Part shown: in pieces, positions 39,783 to 52,744 of the stretch
How the letters are laid out: each line of letters begins with the position of its first letter
How positions within the stretch are numbered: the first letter of the stretch is position 1
Origin: Octopus sinensis
Lineage: Eukaryota
Direction: 5' to 3'
Length of the DNA stretch: 64,000 nt
Assembly: GCF_006345805.1 (NCBI RefSeq)
Contig: NC_043002.1
Location: forward strand, 31,620,001 to 31,684,000
Position numbers and translations under genes: made by a program
Notes under the pieces: model-generated
The model's input: only the letters and a program-made list of their open reading frames with translations
Databases searched by the model: none
Told to the model about the DNA's origin: nothing

Positions 39783-40944
39783 ATGCATGTATGTGATAAC
39801 ACTATTATATGTTTCCGCGTCGCAGTTGTGTGTCTAAAGGTAGTCTTGAGTCTGTACATGTGTTTCGATATTTTTCTGAATGTGTGTAAGCATGTACGTG
39901 TGCATCTATATTTGTATTTGCTGTATATATATGTGTATATTTGTGTGTGTATATATGGTGTGTGTGTGTGTGTGAAAATGAGTACAGAAGTTGTATTCAT
40001 TGTGTCTGTGTAGTTGTGTGTAAGTGTATGTATACACGTGTATGTGTCTATGTATGCTTTTGTGTATGTTTTCCTATTCTGCCTATGTGTGTGGCTTTGT
40101 CTATTGCTATGAATACGCTTATGTATTTATGTTACAGTGTACATATGTGCAAACGTATATGTATACGTATGCATGTGTCTATTGAACATGGAGATGTGCA
40201 CGTTTATATATTTGTGTGTGAGTGTGTGTGTGGGTGTATGTAAGTATTTATGCGCACTCATATCTATATGCATGTATATTTCATATGTATTTATATGAGT
40301 GCTTGCGTACATCGTGAGCGCTATTTAAGCAATGTGTACGTGTCTTTTCTGTATATGTCTAAATGTGTGCCTATTTGTATAAGTGTATTTCCATTCATAT
40401 GCTTGTATACAAGTTATGCTCTTGTTAGTTTGTATGTACGTGCACTTTCCTTTTTAAATGTGTGTCCGCGTATGTGTATGTATATATGTGAATTTATATA
40501 TGTCTATCTGAAGATGTATTCTCATATATGTATATCCATACACCTTTGTGTAAACTTGCGTGCATATGTAACACATTACGGGAACACCAATACACACACA
40601 CACATACATATATTTGTGAGTCTCTGTATAAATGCAAGTGTGAGTATATGTATGGCTAGTAATGCAGAGGAGTGTCTGTCTATAAATGCATATTACTGTA
40701 TTTATATGTATGAACATGTGCGTTCGTAAATCCGAGTATGTGTGTGCCTCTGTGCGCGCGTGTGCCTGTGTGTGTGTGTGTGTCAGTTTATGACAGTGTT
40801 TGTGTGTGCGCGTGTATGTGACAGCCGGTGGTGCTGGGAACAGATGTGGGTGCGAATTGACTGTGGGGAGGATGATGTGGTGGCTGGAGGCATTTTTATT
40901 TTGTTTTTTCATTGTAAATATTGCAATGGTTGTAAGATAGGGGT

Positions 40945-41044
40945 NNNNNNNNNNNNNNNNNNNNNNNNNNNNNNNNNNNNNNNNNNNNNNNNNNNNNNNN
41001 NNNNNNNNNNNNNNNNNNNNNNNNNNNNNNNNNNNNNNNNNNNN
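40945..41044. other. Assembly gap (100 N, probably a fixed-size scaffold join)
   Basis: Exactly 100 N. Confidence 0.98.
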
Positions 41045-41359
41045 CGCTCACATACAAACGCATAACAAATGCATGCGTGTTATATATATATGCATGTATA
41101 TGAACACAATATATATACATATATATATATAGATGCATATATGTGTGTATTGGCACATATGTATATATATGCATTATATATATTATATATATATATATAT
41201 ATATAATATATATCTATATATATATAATACGATATATTATTACAAATATGTCTAAAATATCAATATATATTATGTATATATACATATAGATATATATATA
41301 TGTATATATGCATATAAATATATGATATATATATGTGCAAATATATATATATATATATA

Positions 41360-41391
<32 letters not shown>

Positions 41392-42036
41392 TTATGTATA
41401 TATATAGAGAGAGAGAAAGAAAAGAGAGACAGAGATAGAGGGTAGGTAGAGAGACAAGTAGATAGCTATTGATATGGCAATACATATACAGATATGCACA
41501 TATGCATATACATGTACATATATGTGTTCGAACATATTTTGAAACGTGTGTATGTAACATATATATGAACATACACTAACACAACTACATGCACACAACC
41601 ATATACGTATGAAAACATATATGAAAACAGGTATTATTACAGGCACACACACACACTCAGACATATGAACATGTAAGTGTTTTTTTTTTCTTGTTGGCTA
41701 AGTTATTGGCAAGGATTTGGTCGAGGGAAATAAGGAAAGACTCCGTGATATCCAGACCATCGGGCTATAAACTATCGGCCATTTTCCCATCCACACCAAC
41801 GATCTCTCTCTTTCTCTCTCTCTCTCTCACTCTTCCTCCCTCTCACTCTCTTTATCTCACTCTTTCTCTTCCTCTCTCTCTTTCTCTCTCTTTCTTCCTC
41901 TCTCTCACTCACTCTTTCTCACCCACCCTTTCCTCCACACCATCTTTTGTTCCCTCCAACTCGTTTCTTTATATTATTATTTTCTGACACGCATTTATAA
42001 TTTCTTTCCTCTTTTATTCATTCTGCATGTCAGTAT

Positions 42037-42119
<83 letters not shown>

Positions 42120-43324
42120 CCTATCTATCTATCTATCTACTTATCAATCTATTTATCTTCTCTTTATATATGTATCTATCTAACTATCGCTTCTTTCGCG
42201 CTCTCTCTATGTATATAAATATATATACATTGTACATACACGTCTATAGAACACATATCTTTGTATGTATATGTGAGTAAATAATGTATACATACATTTA
42301 GAAGTATATATATATTTTATATATATATATTATATATATATAAATATATATATATATGATATCTTTATTATATATAAATATTATGCATACCCGAATATAT
42401 ACACATATGTACACACACACACACATATACACATAAAGATGTATGTAAATAAGTATACACGTATAGATACCACCTATATATATATATATATATAATATAT
42501 CTATATATATATCTATGTACATGCATATATTAAAGAATGTATGTATATATATATAAATAGATATATATATAACATGTTGCATGCATATATATAAATAATG
42601 TGTATATATATATATATACATATATATATAAATGATGTATATATATATGATGTATATATATATATATATAGAAGTACATATGTATGTATACATACTTCTA
42701 AAAATATATATATGCATATAGACATATATATATATGTAAATATGTATATATGTTCTCTTAGCCCTTGATCTCTTTTCTCCTTTCTTAAACCTGCGTTTCT
42801 ACTGCATTTCATCCATCCCCTTTTATATCCCTAACCTATTTATCCCTGTGCACCTCACTAGTCCCTTATTTTTAGATTGTATTTTTCTATATTCCTCTTT
42901 TGATTAATATTTTGTTGTTGGTGGTGTTTTTCTTTTGTTCTCTGTCTCTTTCGTTACTTTCTTTTTATTCTTGTGTGTGTGTATGTGTGTGTGTTAGTTC
43001 CTGTACGTGTTATTTTACTTTTGTTTTCACTTTTACACGTAAACAAAAAGCATTCGTACACACACACATACACATACACACAAAACATATACACCACCCT
43101 TATACTCAGGCATATATGTATGTAATGTACCTTCAGCCAGTCGCCGAATCATTCACAGATACACATACAAATACATACAAATGCTTCAATAACGCTTGTG
43201 TTTGTGCGTGCGTGCGTGCTTCGGTGTGAGTGTGTTTAGTAGGAATTGTTCTGAGTATTCGACCAGTTGTTCAGAGGCCGAGAAGCTTTTCCTTTTTACA
43301 TTTTACATCCCACTTCTTAACAAT

Positions 43325-43431
43325 AATTTTCATCTTTGTCCATCTCGTCTAAACTACACACACACGCACGCATAAGTGTGTATAGTGTGTGTGTGTGTGT
43401 CATTTGGACGAGATGGACAGAAATGAAAATT
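43325..43431. repeat. Inverted repeat (29-bp arms, 26/29 match) around a (CA)/(TG) core
   Basis: AATTTTCATCTTTGTCCATCTCGTCTAAA versus TTTGGACGAGATGGACAGAAATGAAAATT. Confidence 0.9.
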
Positions 43432-43483
43432 TTATATATATAACATATATATATAATATTTGCATAGAAGTATGTATATATAT

Positions 43484-43524
<41 letters not shown>

Positions 43525-43830
43525 TGTATATCTCTTTTCATCTCTCCGCTTTCGTTCTCTCTAATTCTCATCCTTGTCTCATATCGCACTCTCACTAACT
43601 GTCAATACAACCTCGCCACCAAATGTTATTCGCCCCCCACCCTTTAACGCCCCTCCTACTTTTGTGTTTCTTCAAAGCATTTGCCGCTATTCGCTCTATC
43701 CTTCTCTGCATCACCTACTCTCTCCATTCCCCACAGTTTTCTTTTTCTCTACTTCTTCTTTTTAACATACCAGCTCTCACACTTTTCTTTTCGTCATCAC
43801 TGTCTTTCTCTATATATATCCGCCCTTCCA

Positions 43831-43863
<33 letters not shown>

Positions 43864-44248
43864 CTTTCTCTCTCTTTGTCTTTCATATTCCCTCTCTCGG
43901 TGTCTAAAAATAACTTACTTTCACTTTCATTTCTACAGACGTCCACTATTCTCAGGATAAATTCCGCATCGTAAAGTGTCCTTTTCCTTTTCACAATCTT
44001 TTTATACGCTTATTCATTACCTTTTTCCCATCTGAACATTTTTTGATTTTCGTCGAACAAATATATACACTCACTTTATTTTTCTTCTATATACCATTGT
44101 TTCGCCATATCTTTCTAGTTCGATTTTGTCTATCTACAAATTTTTTAAATTGTGTGTGACTGTGTATATGTGTGTTGATCTTATCATCTATCTATCTATC
44201 TATCTATCTTTCATCTATCTATCTATCATCTATCTATCTATCTATCTA

Positions 44249-44283
<35 letters not shown>

Positions 44284-45518
44284 ATATCTATATATAATAT
44301 ATATATATTATATAGATATAATATATATATATATATTATATACATATATGTGGTGTGTTCGCCATGTGTGGTGTTGTACATATGTATGAATATATGGGTG
44401 CTTTATATTACATTAAATATATGCATATACATGTATACATATATATTATATATATATATATTATATATATACATTTTACACATATATGTATACACACCCA
44501 CACGCACATATACACACACACACATATATATATATATTGCCATACGTATATGATACACACACATACACACACATGTATGTATGTATATGTATAAGATCTG
44601 TATGTGCTATGTATGTGATATACCTACATGTTTTCATCATGTAACATAAACATACACTCACACTTCTCTCTTACTTACTCTCCCCTCTACTTTCTGTCTC
44701 CCTACCAAACTCATATTAACTTCTTTCGATATTCCCAACTTTGATTCTTTTCGCTCTCCTAATTTACACCTTTCACCTCCATTGTTTCATATGTATATTA
44801 GCATATTTATCTCTCTCTCTCGCTCTCTTACTGTTCTTCTTTTTTTTTTTCTTTTTTTCTTTCTTTATTCCTTACTGTCTTTCAATCTCTCTTTCTCTTC
44901 TCTCAATCTCTAATCTCTCTACACCTCTCTCTCACACATCGGTTGCTATCATTTTATCTACTTCTATATATCCCTCCTGCAGTCTCTTACTCTCTTTAAT
45001 CACTGAATACCCTTTACAGTTCTCTAATAATATTTTACGTATCTAGCTCTATTTCTCCCTTCCTTCTCTCTCTCTCTCTCCCATTTTTTCATTCCCTCTC
45101 TATCCCATAATCTATTCATCGCTTACTTTTTCTGACCCTGCTTCACTTTGTAACACACACACACACTACATTTGTATATAAATCTTTCCATCTTTCCTTT
45201 TTTCTTACACAACACTATCCTATTTTTTTTCTTTTTTATAAACCTTTCTTTCTCACCCTGTCTCTGTCTTTCTCTCAGTAAACTCTCATAAACAGGAAAA
45301 CACGCACACACAGAGAAACAGGCACACACACGTACCCACACATGCACTCGCCTGTATTTGTGGAGTATTACTAACTCTCCAAACATTCTTTTTCCATATC
45401 TCTCTTGCAAGCTTCATTCATTTCATTCACTATTTTATGCCTCTCCACGTACATATATTGGTATCTGTTTTGCAATATACATATATACATACATACATAC
45501 ATACATACATACATACAC

Positions 45519-45550
<32 letters not shown>

Positions 45551-45561
45551 CTATCTATCTC

Positions 45562-45614
<53 letters not shown>

Positions 45615-45621
45615 ATCTATA

Positions 45622-45687
<66 letters not shown>

Positions 45688-45975
45688 GCACAACACAAAT
45701 ATTTAAAAGTATATATATACATATATACATAAAGTCGATAGATAGTTATGATATATATGTAGTATATATATATATATTGTATGTATTTATATAGATATAC
45801 ATAATATATAGATATATATATTTGTGTGTGTATATATGTATATATGTATGTATGTATATATGTACCTACATATATGCATAATGCATAGGACACACCATAC
45901 ATACATACACACAATACATACACACGCACACAACACACACATACAAACACAACACCACACCATACACATATATAG

Positions 45976-46035
<60 letters not shown>

Positions 46036-47252
46036 ATATATATTATAAATATAAATATATGTATATATACATACTGAGGTGGTCAGTGAGACACGAAGAA
46101 CTGACTGAACGGGAAATGAAGGATACCTTGATATATATTCGTGTAGAGAAATAACATAGTGAAGATACTTCTACGTATTAGTTATACAACTGCACAAACA
46201 CACACATATGTCTATGTCAGTAGGTATGTAGTACATATAAGTGTGTGAATGTGTATATACATCCACACATGCTCACCAAACAAACGTGTACACATATACA
46301 CATAAGTACAAACATACACAGGTACATATACACATATTTCCTTCGTCCTTGTTTGTACTGCATTACAACTTTCTTTTTGAAATTCTCTCACATTCCCTCC
46401 TCTCTGTCTCTTTCTTTCTGTGTCTATTTCACTGTTTTTGTATGAATCTCTCTCTCTTTTTCTCTCTCCCACCTTTTCTCACATACTTTCACAATCCCTC
46501 TCTGCTTTTCTCTCCTTCCTTTACTCTCTCTCTCTCTCTATTTGTCGCTGTCTGTCTATCTCTCTCCTCCCCCCTTTCCCTCCTATTTCTCTTTCATTCC
46601 CTATATCGGTATCTCCCTCAGCAATAAAATATCGATGAACGTAAATTATGCACGGACAATAGCTGTGGGGCAAGTACGTGTCATTTCATTTATATTGGGT
46701 CAAGCGTCCAAGAAACAATGCTCCCACAATGGTAATACGTGCAATATAGCAATGGCAGAGAGTCAAGGGAACTAAATGATTGCAATACACTATGATAGGC
46801 ACAAGCTTACCACATTCAATCGATATGAAAGATTTCATTAATTTTCTTGGTCAAAAGATATGTTTCCCTTGGGCTAACGTATCCTTTTGCCTCGAAACAT
46901 ATGCATATGTATATTGTTATGTGTATGTGACAAAGTTCAGATGTGTGTGCGTGCGAGTCCGTGTCACTATATGTATGTATGTATGTAGGTAGGTAGTTAT
47001 TCGTGTATGCATGTAATGTGTGTTTCTTATGTATGAATATGTGCGTGTGTGCGTGTGTGTGTGTGTGTGTATGGGTGTAGTTGTCAGTATAATTATGTAT
47101 AGATGTGTATCCATTCACGGGTAGGATAAAAACTAAGCAAAGTTTGGAATATACGAATATGATTAGTTCGCCTACAAATCCGTACGTCTATGTATGTATG
47201 TATCTATACATACATACATACATACATATACAAACTATAAGATATATATATA

Positions 47253-47306
<54 letters not shown>

Positions 47307-48289
47307 CATACATACTTACATACATACACATATAGATATGTCTATATATATACATGTATATATATGTATGATAATGTGTACGTATATATGTTTGTGTATA
47401 ATGTACATATATGTATGGATATATATGCATATGTTTTATATATATATATGTTTGTTGTACATGTATGTATGCATATATATATATATATATTATATATATA
47501 TATATATATATAATATATCTATCTTTCTCTCTCTCTATATATATATATAACATATATATATATATACATGTATGTGTATGTGGGTATCTATATGTATGTT
47601 TATATATATATATATATATATGTATATGTGAGCGGGTGAAAATTTTGTCGTAGAGGTAGGAGAGAATCTACATATATATTTGTATCTTGTTGTATATCCA
47701 TCCTTATGTTTGCAACTGCAGTGGACGCGAGCTTGGTTGTGTGTCTGAGCATTTCATTTCACTATTGTGCTCGATCGGACGTCGCGGATCCGTTGAGGGT
47801 GTTATTTTCCTTTCTTTTATATTAAAAAAGAGGTGTTACGGAAATTGTGGTGAAGCTAAACGACTGGAATGTACTGGTAATTCGAAAGGCGAAACTTATC
47901 GCAGAGCATCCCTCTTATTTGGCCTGAACATTGAGATAATGTTATAAGTGTGCACGGTATACGCAACCACATATACTTTAATATAAGCAGTAGGTATTAA
48001 GTTGATCTATGAACGGTACACTGGTTATTGCAAATGACGGCAGATTCCACACGCGCACACATACATACATACACGTATACGTAAATATATATATACATTT
48101 GTGTATATATTATATATATATACATACACACACATATATATATATGTGTGTGTGTATGTATGTATGTATGTATGTATGTATGTGAATGTATGTGCGTGTG
48201 TGTATTATGTTTTTACAGATGTATTTATATTTGTATATATACATATATATATATGTTCAAGACGCCATGATAGATCGTTAGCTACTACA

Positions 48290-48450
48290 TGCATTTTTTT
48301 CTCTCCTTGTTTTTTTCTGTGTATCTTTCTGTCGAAGAGCATAGGCTCGAAAAGTAAAATATTTTTCTATTCCTGAGCGCTATACTATTACATTTGTTTG
48401 TTTGTACTCCACCTGCCTTCGTCTTTTGTTTATTTTCGTAAACGTTCCCT
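48290..48450 (+). mobile_element. Short family E variant element with a hammerhead-like fold and non-canonical core CTGTCGA
   Basis: TTT-CTGTCGA-A-GAGC-ATAG-GCTC-GAAA-AG-TA-AAA followed by TTCCTGAGCG. Confidence 0.55.
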
Positions 48451-48459
48451 ATATATATG

Positions 48460-48490
<31 letters not shown>

Positions 48491-48582
48491 ATATATATTA
48501 TTATATATATATAGTGTTATGTATGTATGTATGTATGTATGTATGTATGTATGTATGTATGTATGTATGTATGTATGTATGT

Positions 48583-48699
48583 ATAAAAATACAAACTGAG
48601 ACAAGAACGCAAAACATTTATGAGACGATACAAAAAACGCGGACGGGACATTCGAAGCCTTCAATCTTCAGTCAAGAACCGGATCATCCTCGCAATTTC
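48583..48699. repeat. Interspersed repeat family F, copy 1
   Basis: AAATACAAA.TGAGACAAGAACGCAAAACAT...TTCGAAGCCTTC.ATCTTCAGTCAA..GATCATCCTCGCA is also at 53942-54058. Both copies abut microsatellites. Confidence 0.8.
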
Positions 48700-49011
48700 A
48701 GCTCGCGTTGCGCTAAAAAGCGACGCACATACCAGAATTTTCACCCCGAGTCAAACAAATACAACGAACAATTCCAAATCGTTGTTAGAATATCAACGTA
48801 TGAGGAGTCAGGACCGGCTAGTTTGTACTGGCATCGTATAAATAGTAATAATGAAACCAAATAGTGATATTTAGAAATTATTTCATACTCACATTGTTCA
48901 TGTACGTAATATACAATAGGAAATGCATCCATTACGTAAGAACTTCCCTGAAAAGTACCAATTAAAAGAATACAAATTATCATTATTTGGCTTCATCTTC
49001 ATTATCACACG

Positions 49012-49049
<38 letters not shown>

Positions 49050-49177
49050 CATTTTATTTATTTAAAAGTCACAATACATATATTGAAGTGCTATTGTGAG
49101 TTTCAAATTTTGAAAGAACTCAGACATATTCTTAAGGCGCAAACTACATATCACAAAGATGTCGTTATATGTGATTT

Positions 49178-49230
49178 GCGCCTGAAGAATATGTTTGAGA
49201 TCTCCCAACATATGAAAATATTAGTAGCGC
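49178..49230 (+). ncRNA. Type I hammerhead ribozyme motif (one mismatch in helix III)
   Basis: GCGC-CTGAAGA-ATATGTT(11 nt)AACATAT-GAAA-ATATTAG-TA-GCGC. Stem I is 4 bp perfect, stem II 7 bp perfect and the core is intact. A49218 faces G49224 in helix III. Confidence 0.6.
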
Positions 49231-49346
49231 TTTAATACGTGCATTGTGATTTTTAAATATATAATATTCATCTCTCACCAGATGGTGTACTTTTTTTATC
49301 AAATTTTCTATCACGGATCAGTACATTATATATATTTTTTTTTCCT

Positions 49347-49508
49347 CCGTCTTCCCTTCTCTGGATCTTTCCTTTTCCTATGTTTCTGACGAAGAGCTCC
49401 GCTCGAAACGTAAAACCCTCCTTCTTCCTGAGCGTCCAATAATACTATATTTCTTCCACGTCCTCACGTTGTTGTGATTTCTCTTTGTGTTTTCATGTTT
49501 GGATTAAC
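49347..49508 (+). mobile_element. Short family E element (Penelope-like end) carrying an intact minimal hammerhead
   Basis: Homologous to the reverse complement of 30337-30504 and ends GGATTAAC-(TA)n. Confidence 0.8.
49382..49416 (+). ncRNA. Minimal type I hammerhead ribozyme, intact core, palindromic ACGU helix III
   Basis: GTTT-CTGACGA-A-GAGC-TCC-GCTC-GAAA-CG-TA-AAAC. Predicted cleavage is after GUA (49412). Confidence 0.7.
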
Positions 49509-51247
49509 TTTATATAAATATATATGCGTACACGTATGTATGGAGATACATAGAGAGAGAGATAGAGAGAGGAAAAGACAGAAAGAGAGATAGAGGGCCT
49601 TACAAACATTCAAATAGATATATTTTATCGGGATGTGTTTGAAAATACAAGCAATCCAACGTCCAAGAAATATTTGGAATCATGCAAATTGCAGAGTGTG
49701 TATACTTTAACTAGTTATTCGACCCACTTATGACCGCGATAGGCCAGTATGTTTAAGTTTATAATTACTATGGTGATTTTGATGATCAATCAACTGCATT
49801 TATATTTCGTCCTTGGAGTGCTATTAAATTTGAGAATCAGACCCATTGATGTGATGCAATTAATGCATCCTCTGTCGAAGCGGTGAAAAACTGAATCAAT
49901 TAAGAATTTAATATCCCTGTAGTCATCTTCCCTTTGTTATTCAAATACATGAAACATTTACGTTTCTTATAGGTGTGAGCATGTGTGTGTGTGTGTGTGT
50001 AGTCATGCATGTGCATGTATGTGTGAATGTTTGTGCATCGTGCTTGGGTCTACGGTATTTTTTGAGACTTGATGGGGTTCTTACCTTTCCAAGTCAGTCT
50101 ACATTCGATTTCTTCTCATGCGAGAGACATTGAAGGAAATGGAAACAAAATGAAAAGTTTACCCTCAGTACGTAACAAGTACTAAGTTGATATATGTATA
50201 TGTATCAAATCTCCCGCGCAGGGTCTATGAATTGAATAGGCACATGATTAAGCCAGGTATTCTTGTGTGTGGAAATCAACAAAAACAATACCTTGGATCG
50301 ATAACTGTTTTTTTTTATGACGCAACAGCTCTACCAAAGTCTTCAGTCACAGCTTTGGTTTACACCCAACTAAAAGTCATTAGAATAACTTAACACTTGC
50401 CACTGACTAAATTCTAAACAATTATTTTCAAACTGAATTTAGAAAGCAGTGCGAAAAGTTAGAAAGAAAAAAAGAAGCAGATGTATAAAAATAAAGCATT
50501 TCCAACGACATTATGAACAAAAAAAAAAAAAGAAAATGCATGAAAATCAGCAACAACAGCTGCAGTGATGTAATTAAATTTAAAATAAAAATTTAAATGT
50601 TAAATAGGGTGCATGATGCAAAAAGATGCATCTGCACTTATAATTATAGAAAGTGTGTTTAATTGAATATTGTGTTACCGTTCCTTAATGAGCTGGTATT
50701 AATAATCACTGCTCGTAGTGTTGCTGGCTGATACATAGGGTGTTTTATGACAACACAGAGCTTTTTTTTTTTACCTCTCATACTGGAAGTATATATTCAT
50801 ATTCCTTTCAAGGTCGATATGTATGTATTTACATTTCTATATGTGTATAATCGTAGATATGTACATATGCGTTTCCATATCCACTAAACATCTATCTGTG
50901 TGTGTGGGCGTGAGTGTGTGTGTGTGAGGCAATGAGTGACACTCTATATGCACACGGCGCATAACAACACTCATATTCTTAATCACAAAGGACTGGTACA
51001 CTTCAAGAAATGGTAGAGTATCATTCCGAATGCATTATGCTATTAATTTACGTCCCTTTATCATCTAATTTCAAAAACCATTTATGTAACTTACTATTTT
51101 GAACTATCGATGAAATATTTACCAGTAATTCCCTCCACTCAGACTATGTTTTCAAATCCATATACATAGAAACATACATACATACATACATAAAGGTATA
51201 TATCTCGTCTGATGATATAATGAATTATATAATTGGTAATTATTTTT

Positions 51248-51313
51248 GAGTCAGAGATAAGTACATATAATGGAACAGGTTTTTTGCTCTTGTGTTATAT
51301 ATATATATATATG

Positions 51314-51350
<37 letters not shown>

Positions 51351-51406
51351 ATATATATACACAAGAGCAAAATAGCTATTCCGTTATATGTACTTATCTC
51401 TGAGTC
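51248..51406. repeat. Inverted repeat (48-bp arms, 43/48 match) around a (TA)n core
   Basis: GAGTCAGAGATAAGTACATATAATGGAACAGGTTTTTTGCTCTTGTGT versus ACACAAGAGCAAAATAGCTATTCCGTTATATGTACTTATCTCTGAGTC. Confidence 0.92.
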
Positions 51407-51589
51407 AAGCTACTTACTACACAGCCACGCTTGTGCCTATGTGGACAATTTTTAAAAAAGAAAATGCAGGGTGACGATACATATTGCGCATATATTAATA
51501 TATATTATATATATATATATATATAAACAGAAAACCAAAATATTTTTATAAGCTATTGATATAATGAATTATTTAGCTACATGAGCGTC

Positions 51590-52744
51590 AAGGAAGAAAC
51601 GATACGATTGTGGGACCTCCAAGTCTGTGACAGTTAAAGATTAAATGAATATTGACTGCAAGCTACGTGGAAAAACTGGACAAACAGAGCCATTTTTATC
51701 GCTTCTGAACTTCCTTATGTACCGAAAACCACAAGAAATCCCATATTCAGGACCATGGCTTCTACTCGAGAACCCTTGAAACTGCTTGCTTACAGGAGGT
51801 TAAGGCTTCAATTGGCCCAAAAGTACATGTCATTAGTCTTGAATTGTGTTCTGCTCACTGATGAAACCAGGGCGACAGGGAGATGAGCATCTGAGCGACT
51901 GAGTTTAGCGTCACCAACGTTTACGACGTCAACAACAGGGTAAAGGAATCATATTGTGGGCTGGCATCTTTGGGGACAGACTTGTTGACCCAGTCTGGGT
52001 GCATGAAGAGGCAAAATTGGCCGTAGCCGCTTACTGCAAGCTAGTGAATGAGGTCTTGAATCACTGGCTAGATGACATACTGCTGTCACTACTAAGGTAT
52101 CTCGTATTCATGCATGACAATTCTCCCTCCGACTCTGCTAGGACCACCCAAACATTCGTAGGTCTCACGGCATACAAGGTGTAATATTGATGGTGTAGTC
52201 ACTAACATCTTCGGATCTCAACCTTATTTAAAACCTTTGGTCCATCATTCAACAAGATGTTTATACCGAGGGATACCAATTTACATCGAAAGATGTCTTA
52301 TGGGCGACCGTGAAAGCTGCAACAGAGGCAGACCAACCTGCTACTCTAAAGAAATTCAGATTACATGGCTAAAGGGGTTTTGAAGTTATCCGTCGAAATG
52401 GCGCTCATGTGGCTAAATAATTCATTATGTCAATAAATATAATATCATTATGGCTTCCTGTTAAATATATACTCAAAGTATGTTTAATATATATCATTAT
52501 CCTTCTTTTTCTGAAAAAAAATGTCTAGATGAGCTATTTTTATTCAAAGCTATTAGCGTGGTTCACCCAAAATCTGAAGAATCTGAAATAAAATTAAAAG
52601 AACGTTACACAGAATATTGAAAACATAACAATGGTGTTGCCATAGCACGCAAATCAGCTGGGAAAAGTTTTATCAAAATCGATTCACAGAAATCCAAGAA
52701 ATCCCAAATTCCACTTCTAATCTATTAGCGTGGTTCTGCGTGTA
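51590..52744 (+). mobile_element. Decayed Tc1-like (DD34E-type) transposon; transposase relic about 51686-52420
   Basis: Translates ...KYMSLVLNCVLLTDETRAT.. RRQQQGKGIILWAGIFGDRLV..VFMHDNSPSDSARTT.. SSDLNLI*NLWSIIQQDVY..FEVIRRNGAHVAK*. The motifs FTDE, HDNAP.H and SPDLNPIENLW are recognisable, and the 3' end is ...GCGTG-TA. Confidence 0.85.

Noticed and set aside
48640-48680. Hammerhead in family F (minus strand CTGAAGA..GAAGGCTTC-GAAT; also 54005-54040)
   Set aside because: It has GAAT instead of GAAA and no stem I pairing.
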